DNA from: an uncultured delta proteobacterium
GTDB lineage: Bacteria > Bdellovibrionota > FAC87 > UBA2466
Direction of reading: 5' to 3'
Length of the DNA stretch: 64,000 bases
Assembly: GCA_963778115.1 (NCBI GenBank)
Contig: CAVZSV010000004.1
Span: forward strand, 1,856,001 to 1,920,000
Shown here in pieces: positions 58,801 to 64,000 of this stretch. The notes beneath the pieces were generated by a model. The model was not told the origin of the DNA and made no database searches. It was given only the letters and a program-made list of their open reading frames with translations. Position numbers and translations under genes: made by a program. The first letter of the stretch is position 1; the number at the start of each line of letters is the position of its first letter.

Positions 58801-61360
58801 TGGGCGGCGTCGCCGCTGAACTCTGTAAATTAATACAGTAAATGGAATAGGTGTTATTGCAATTTTGTGCACTGTTTTGAAAGACGTTAGTATTTACCGT
58901 CGCATCTTGACCGATTTCTCCCTGAACCGCGTTGGAGGAGGTGGACCAACTCGTACAATTTTTTCCCGTATCTATAAGTCCCGTGGAAAGAGCGCCCGAC
59001 CAGGCATTCGCACTCCCGGGGCTTCCTCCGCTGGCGTTATAGCTAACGGCGTTGGTGAAATTAGTGGATCCCGAGGACCAAAACTTGGATTGGATAGCAA
59101 CGGGAAGCTGCCCTCCCGAACCCAGAGGACGTAGATTATAGACGTCCTGGGAGAGGGAAATATGGCTAGTCGCGGCCACCGAGTTGTCCGCCAACACCGC
59201 ACGCCACGTTCCCGTTAAACTGGCATTACTCGCTTCTTTCTCGCATACAAAATCCGCGAAATAAAGCCCCCCGAAGTTTCCATTGTAAGTTCCTACCGTC
59301 GCAAAAATACTGTGGGGGGTGTTAGTGGATTGAGTCGTGGTGGCACCGGTTGAAAATTGCCCTGCACTCGCATTTTCCGAACAGACGATGAACGAATATT
59401 GAGTTGCGGGTTGAAGACCTGTCACGCTGTAGCTCGTAGCAAGCCCAATGGTGCCTGCTCCTATCACGGTACCAGAACTACAGTTCGCCGGAGCTGTCGC
59501 TCCTGTCTGATAAGCCACTTGGAAAGCGCTTGTGGATCCGCCCCCCGAAGTCCACGATAAATTTATTTGAGTATAGCCTGATGGCGTTGCCGTAAATCCG
59601 CTGGGATTTGGAGACGCAACGTAGACGTTGGCACTCACATTTCCGCTAACGCCGTTAAAAGCGGCTGTTATCGTATAAGCTCCCGCCGACGAAAGAGTGG
59701 CCAGCCCCGAGCTATTGATACTTGCGACGCCGGTGGCGTTCGAGCTCCAGGTGACGATGCTAGTTATGTCTTGAGTAGAACCGTCAGCATAGTGCGCTGT
59801 CGCCGTATATTGCTGTGTCCCGCCCTGAGGAAGATAAGTGGTATTGGGAGTGACGACAATCGAAGTCAGACCGCCAGCTCCGACTACCGAAGACGTCGCG
59901 TTTGCCGTCGTTACCTGATTATTGTACGCCGCACGAAACACCTCTTGGGTAGTTCCGTCGCCGGTAGGGTTATAAGTCAGAGTCACCGTGCAAGACGCAA
60001 ATCCCTTAAGTGTCGATCCGCAAGTGCCACCCGTCCCCATCCACGCCCCACTGTCCGACCAGGGAGAGGTGAGTTTCAGAGAATTGTTGCTGGGGTCACC
60101 GAGAGTACTGATGTAATCTCCCGTTAAATTTTGGATAGTAGCCGTGATCGTAGTGGAACCGGGAGGACTCGACACCGACGCTGGCGTTGAAGGAACCGAT
60201 ACGGAAAGATAAGCCTGGTTCGAACGGGTAGCAATTAAGCTTCCGCCGGCATTGTTGTAGCCCGGACTTTGAAAAGCACAGCTTATTACGTCTTGAGTGG
60301 AAGTACTGCCAATTTGGCAAACGACGTTTCCCGTACCAGAAACGCCGACGAGTGAAATCGTTCCCTTGCAAAATCCGTTGTAGGGCGAGTTTAGCGTCGT
60401 ACAGGTGATGGTTCCATAATTAGTAAAATTGGTCGGGTCGGAAAAATTATTGATCGTATTTAAAGTGAAAGTAGTCCCCGCGGTATTAGGCACTACGTAC
60501 AGATTGGCCTGCGTTTGACTGGAAACACTGGTAAATTCCGTAAAGAGTCCCGACAAAACCTGATTCCCCAAGTTAGACATGTATCCTGAAGTTAAGGTGG
60601 TTTGCGGCACTAAGGTAGCGACGACCGGATTTCCATTTCCTCCCACGTAAATGCCGAGCGAGCTCCCGAATAGAAATTGTCCATACAAGTCCAAAGGCGG
60701 ATAAGAAGCGTTTTCTGTTTTTACTAGCGCGTTATGACAAGCCCCCCACAGGGTATTATCAAATCCGTAGGAAGTACTGTAAGTATTAGGACCCACGAGA
60801 TCGAAACTATTGGATGAACTAAAAGCGTTACTCGCGGCACCGGAGGTATAGGTTACCGTCCCTCCTACGAGTGTCGTCGTTTTCGTAGTGTCCATCGGCT
60901 CGCGCGAAGTGTCTGGACTGCGAAAACGAGTTACTAAGTAGGTATACGTTCCACTGGAGGGGCACGTCGTATTAGAATTGACCGCCGAGAAGTAATTGGG
61001 AGTTAGAAAACTTTGAATTACCTGAAGGGTGTCGTACTGAAGTCCATATCTGGTTCCGCTCACACCTGAAAAACGACCCGTGCCTCCGCTCAATTGGTAC
61101 TCGAAAACACCGGCATACGGATTGACTAAAGTAGCACTCGTGACACTCCCTGCAGGTCCCGAAACCGTTGCCGCCGAAAAAGATCCGCTGGTTCCGGGAG
61201 TCAAAGCCGGAGACGTAACGGAAAGAACGGTTTGAACCTCGGCGAAAGCGGAAGTCGCAAAAAATAGGCACACCACGAGTGACGTGGTTAAGTGACCTAT
61301 TCCTAGGTTTTTAAGACGCGCTTCGGCTCTTGCAGCCAAGCGCATCCTCAAAGTTGTCAT
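46897..61360 (-). CDS. Giant secreted repeat protein (~4,820 aa if the G10 tract is G9): Ig-like domains, then 16 FN3-like domains alternating with 15 DUF1554/endostatin-like domains; frameshifted at 56239-56248
   Basis: Track ORFs 56075-61360 and 46897-56304 join within one FN3 repeat (TWAS-GGG-TTAAYQ); signal peptide ending SAFA; Big_2-like SIVVTP...QQYTATAHYADG..QDIT..VTWSS; repeat F.T...Y.G.FGG.Y..D..CQ.EA..AGL.G.WKA...WTG...C..WT...G..G...C...LYC.NQQ. Confidence 0.85.
56239..56248 (-). repeat. G10 homopolymer (C10 on + strand) at the frameshift of the giant gene
   Basis: + strand GCGGTCGT-C10-GGATGCCCA; nine G on the coding strand would encode Gly-Gly-Gly in frame. Confidence 0.9.
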
Positions 61361-61426
61361 GAGCGTCTCGTTAAATGCACTAACTCGAGTTGTTGCCTTA
61401 CGAGAAAACAGATATCCGTAGTCTTC

Positions 61427-61453
61427 TTATCGGAAGGGAGCGTAAGTATATTA
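61427..61453 (-). promoter_or_regulatory. Putative sigma-28 (FliA) promoter of the giant gene
   Basis: Minus strand TAAT-N15-TCCGATAA vs consensus TAAA-N15-GCCGATAA. Confidence 0.6.
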
Positions 61454-61484
61454 GGGATATTAATGAACCTTAATGCCGAAGCTG

Positions 61485-61760
61485 CTAATTCGACGGACCG
61501 TAATAGGTGGTGTACTTCAGAGGCGGCGGGGGAGGATATACCACTCCGGGAATTCCCGAGACCTGAAATCCTGAATCTGTCTTAATAACTGGACGCTCAT
61601 CGCCATCAGAAAGAGCTACGTTAGAAGGACCGGTTACCGGCGGAAGTGCTGATGCTGCAGGAGCGCGCTGGCCCTTACTGCACGTAGTCAAAAAAAGGAC
61701 CGCGAGTAAGAGTGAAAGGATTGAAAGGATCTTTCGTGAAGTTGAGATAAAAAGTCGCAT
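61485..61760 (-). CDS. Small Pro-rich lipoprotein
   Basis: SD GGAGG; MRLFISTSRKILSILSLLLAVLFLTT-C lipobox-like; RAPAAS; YPPPPP. Confidence 0.7.
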   Translation of the reverse strand: MRLFISTSRKILSILSLLLAVLFLTTCSKGQRAPAASALPPVTGPSNVALSDGDERPVIKTDSGFQVSGIPGVVYPPPPPLKYTTYYGPSN

Positions 61761-61785
61761 CCTTGCCTCCGGCAGGTCGCTTCAC

Positions 61786-61812
61786 TTATCGGCTAAGATG
61801 GCCCGGAGTTAA
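61786..61812 (-). promoter_or_regulatory. Putative sigma-28 (FliA) promoter of the lipoprotein gene
   Basis: Minus strand TTAA-N15-GCCGATAA (perfect -10), 25 nt before ATG 61760. Confidence 0.75.
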
Positions 61813-62050
61813 AACGGAATATTGCGAAGCTATTGACCCGCATGGTTATGGCAGTGCGTCTTCTTGCCGCGATCGGCAAGAAATCACCGTTGTTCACGTT
61901 GCTTCAAGAGCATGAATTGTTAAACACTCGTAACGGAAAATGTTAAAATAGATGTTGTTTACGATTTCAGAACCTTATTTCACGCGTTGTTGAACTCCTG
62001 CCCCAAGTTCACCGAATAGCGCTTTTTTTTTCGTACCCTAGTTATCGAAA

Positions 62051-64000
62051 ATGCCAGACTCTCTGCCTACAGGTTTTCGTTCTCGCCAAAGACAAATCCA
62101 ATTTTACGTTTTCAATTTTCTTTTCGCGACTTTCATCTTCGCCATTGATTCCTATGCTGTCATAGACATCAACTTCGGTATCCCGTACATCGCATGGGTC
62201 GTCCTAACCTTCTACGGGGACGTTCCCGATTTTACTTTTATTGTAGCGGCCATCAGCACTCTGCTCATCTTTCTGGGGGCGGCCTTTTCTCCCTTAGGGC
62301 ATCTGCCGTTAAATATTATCGTAATCAACCGGGCGCTAACGATTTTTGCTGTTTGGGTCTCAGCCTTTTTCGTCAGACGGGCCAAGAGGGCCGAGATCAC
62401 GGTACAAAATGAGTTGTGGATCCACGCGGGACGATCGGGGCTATTCGAGCATATGCGTCATACAGGACCTCTAAAGACCGTTCTCCCGGAGGTATTAGAA
62501 TTCATCGTCAAATATACAGGGGCTCAAGTGGGCGCTCTGTATCTCATAAAAGACAATCTTTACTCCCCTCTTTGCTTTTCTGGTTATTCCCCTTCCGATT
62601 CACAGAATCTTCCTAGGGAACTGGGGTCTAGCCTCATTGGCGAAGTCATCAAGAAAAAGGGGGCCGTACACCTGACCGATATTCCTAAAGATTACCTGTC
62701 TATCGGAACGGGCTTAGGCAGGGCGGCTCCCCGAGAATTGATTCTTTTTCCGATGGCCACCCAGGAAAGAGTCGCAGCCGTGATTGAGCTTGGAACCTTT
62801 GCATCGGTCGTTCCGTTGACCGGCCAATTCATGGAAAGGATTTCCGATGCGGTGGCGAGTCGGATCGAAGTTCTCGAAGGGCATGAGCGGATCACGCAGT
62901 TGTTCGAACAATCAGAACAACAAAATATCTCGCTAAAGCGACAGCAAGAAGATCTGGAACGGGCCAATGAAAATTTGAAAAATCAATCTCAGGAGCTCGA
63001 GGCGCAACAAGAAGTACTCGAGCAAGTCAATCAACAACTCCACGAAGAGCAGATGGCCCAACTCGATCATCAACGACGATTAGAAAAAATAAATGAGGAG
63101 CTGCACCGATCGCAAATCGAAAACGAAGAAAAAGCTCATGCCCTTTGGTTGGCGAGCAAATATAAATCCGAATTCCTCGCAAACATGTCGCACGAGCTTA
63201 GAACTCCGTTAAACAGCATTCTCATCCTGGCGAAGCTCTTGGATGACGGGCTCGCAACCTCCAGCAATTTGGAACACCGCGAATACGCAGCCACCATTCA
63301 GTCCTCGGGAACTGAACTTTTGCACTTAATCAATGAAATCCTCGATCTTTCAAAAGTGGAGGCCGGCAGGATCGAACTTGAAATCGGAGTTGTCTCTCTT
63401 AGCGCATTAGCAGAAAAACTGGAACGGCAGTTCTCCGCAAATGCAAAAGCCAAGCATCTAAACCTGGTCATCTCCTGGGACGACGAATCACCACGAGCCC
63501 TCACAACAGACGGCCACCGTTTGGAGCAGATCCTTAGAAACTTCCTTGCGAATTCAATAAAGTTTACTCCGCCGAACGGCGAAGTCATGCTTCACTTCGG
63601 ACCCGCGGATGAATCTCGGGCTAAAAATTTTGCCGTATCGATCCAAGTCTCAGATACCGGGATTGGTATCCCCAAGGATAAATTAAGCGTTATCTTCGAA
63701 CCCTTTCGCCAAGTCGACACCGGAACGAGCCGAAAGTACGGAGGGTCGGGTCTTGGTCTAGCGATCGCCAAAGAGCTAGCAAATCTTCTAGGTGCGAAGA
63801 TAGAAGTCGAGAGTGTTGAGAACAAAGGAAGTACTTTCACCATCCATCTTCCCGATTTGGTCGAACAACTCTCTCATCAACCCGCTGGCACTACACCGCA
63901 TCCGCTAGAGAAACCGTCACCGGGCGAGATTCGACGAATCATCGACGATCGTAAGCTGCTCACGCCTAACGATCGCACGGTACTTCTGATCAACAATGAT
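62051..64000 (+). CDS. Membrane hybrid sensor histidine kinase (partial, runs off window end)
   Basis: My translation from ATG 62051: about four TM helices, GAF-like region (GAQVGALYL, VAAVIELG), Q/E-rich coiled coil, H box SKYKSEFLANMSHELRTPLN, N box, DTGIGI, FEPFRQ, GGSGLGL, then the start of a receiver-like domain. Confidence 0.92.
   Translation, partial: MPDSLPTGFRSRQRQIQFYVFNFLFATFIFAIDSYAVIDINFGIPYIAWVVLTFYGDVPDFTFIVAAISTLLIFLGAAFSPLGHLPLNIIVINRALTIFAVWVSAFFVRRAKRAEITVQNELWIHAGRSGLFEHMRHTGPLKTVLPEVLEFIVKYTGAQVGALYLIKDNLYSPLCFSGYSPSDSQNLPRELGSSLIGEVIKKKGAVHLTDIPKDYLSIGTGLGRAAPRELILFPMATQERVAAVIELGTFASVVPLTGQFMERISDAVASRIEVLEGHERITQLFEQSEQQNISLKRQQEDLERANENLKNQSQELEAQQEVLEQVNQQLHEEQMAQLDHQRRLEKINEELHRSQIENEEKAHALWLASKYKSEFLANMSHELRTPLNSILILAKLLDDGLATSSNLEHREYAATIQSSGTELLHLINEILDLSKVEAGRIELEIGVVSLSALAEKLERQFSANAKAKHLNLVISWDDESPRALTTDGHRLEQILRNFLANSIKFTPPNGEVMLHFGPADESRAKNFAVSIQVSDTGIGIPKDKLSVIFEPFRQVDTGTSRKYGGSGLGLAIAKELANLLGAKIEVESVENKGSTFTIHLPDLVEQLSHQPAGTTPHPLEKPSPGEIRRIIDDRKLLTPNDRTVLLINND

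Noticed and set aside
46897..59340. Diversity-generating retroelement targeting the lectin-like domains
   Set aside because: No reverse transcriptase in the window and no near-identical TR/VR pair differing only at adenines; the repeats diverge at all positions
46904..60127. Numerous short plus-strand ORFs within the giant gene
   Set aside because: Antisense shadows arising from Thr/Ser/Gly/Ala codon bias; no independent signals

Overview
Bacterial chromosomal segment (about 50% GC) with no phage, IS, CRISPR or rRNA/tRNA visible. Several traits suggest a Bdellovibrionota-like (former deltaproteobacterial) organism: the gene order ffs-dnaX-ybaB-recR-mglA without mglB, sigma-28 and sigma-54 promoter motifs, and many orphan secreted proteins. 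This assignment is an inference. Housekeeping content: thiolase, DEAD-box helicase (two compensating indels), glpD, dppABCDF, greB, acyl-CoA dehydrogenase, tex, ygiQ, yceI, ecsC, a lemA-TPM-TPM cluster, SRP RNA and a partial hybrid histidine kinase. Most notable observations: (1) a ~14.5 kb gene for a ~4,820 aa secreted protein with 16 FN3-like domains strictly alternating with 15 Cys-rich endostatin/C-type-lectin-like (DUF1554-like) domains, split by one extra G in a G10 tract; it and a small upstream lipoprotein each have a FliA-type promoter; (2) a self-contained nicotinamide-to-NADP operon (pncB-nadE-nrtR-pncA-nudix-nadD/nadK fusion) with a perfect NrtR palindrome directly before a Shine-Dalgarno-less start codon; (3) mglA retaining Gly21 but lacking an adjacent mglB; (4) two long intergenic hairpin elements (REPIN/MITE-like), structured 5' leaders, and two small ORFs missed by the ORF track. 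The frameshifts may be assembly errors; reads are needed to decide.
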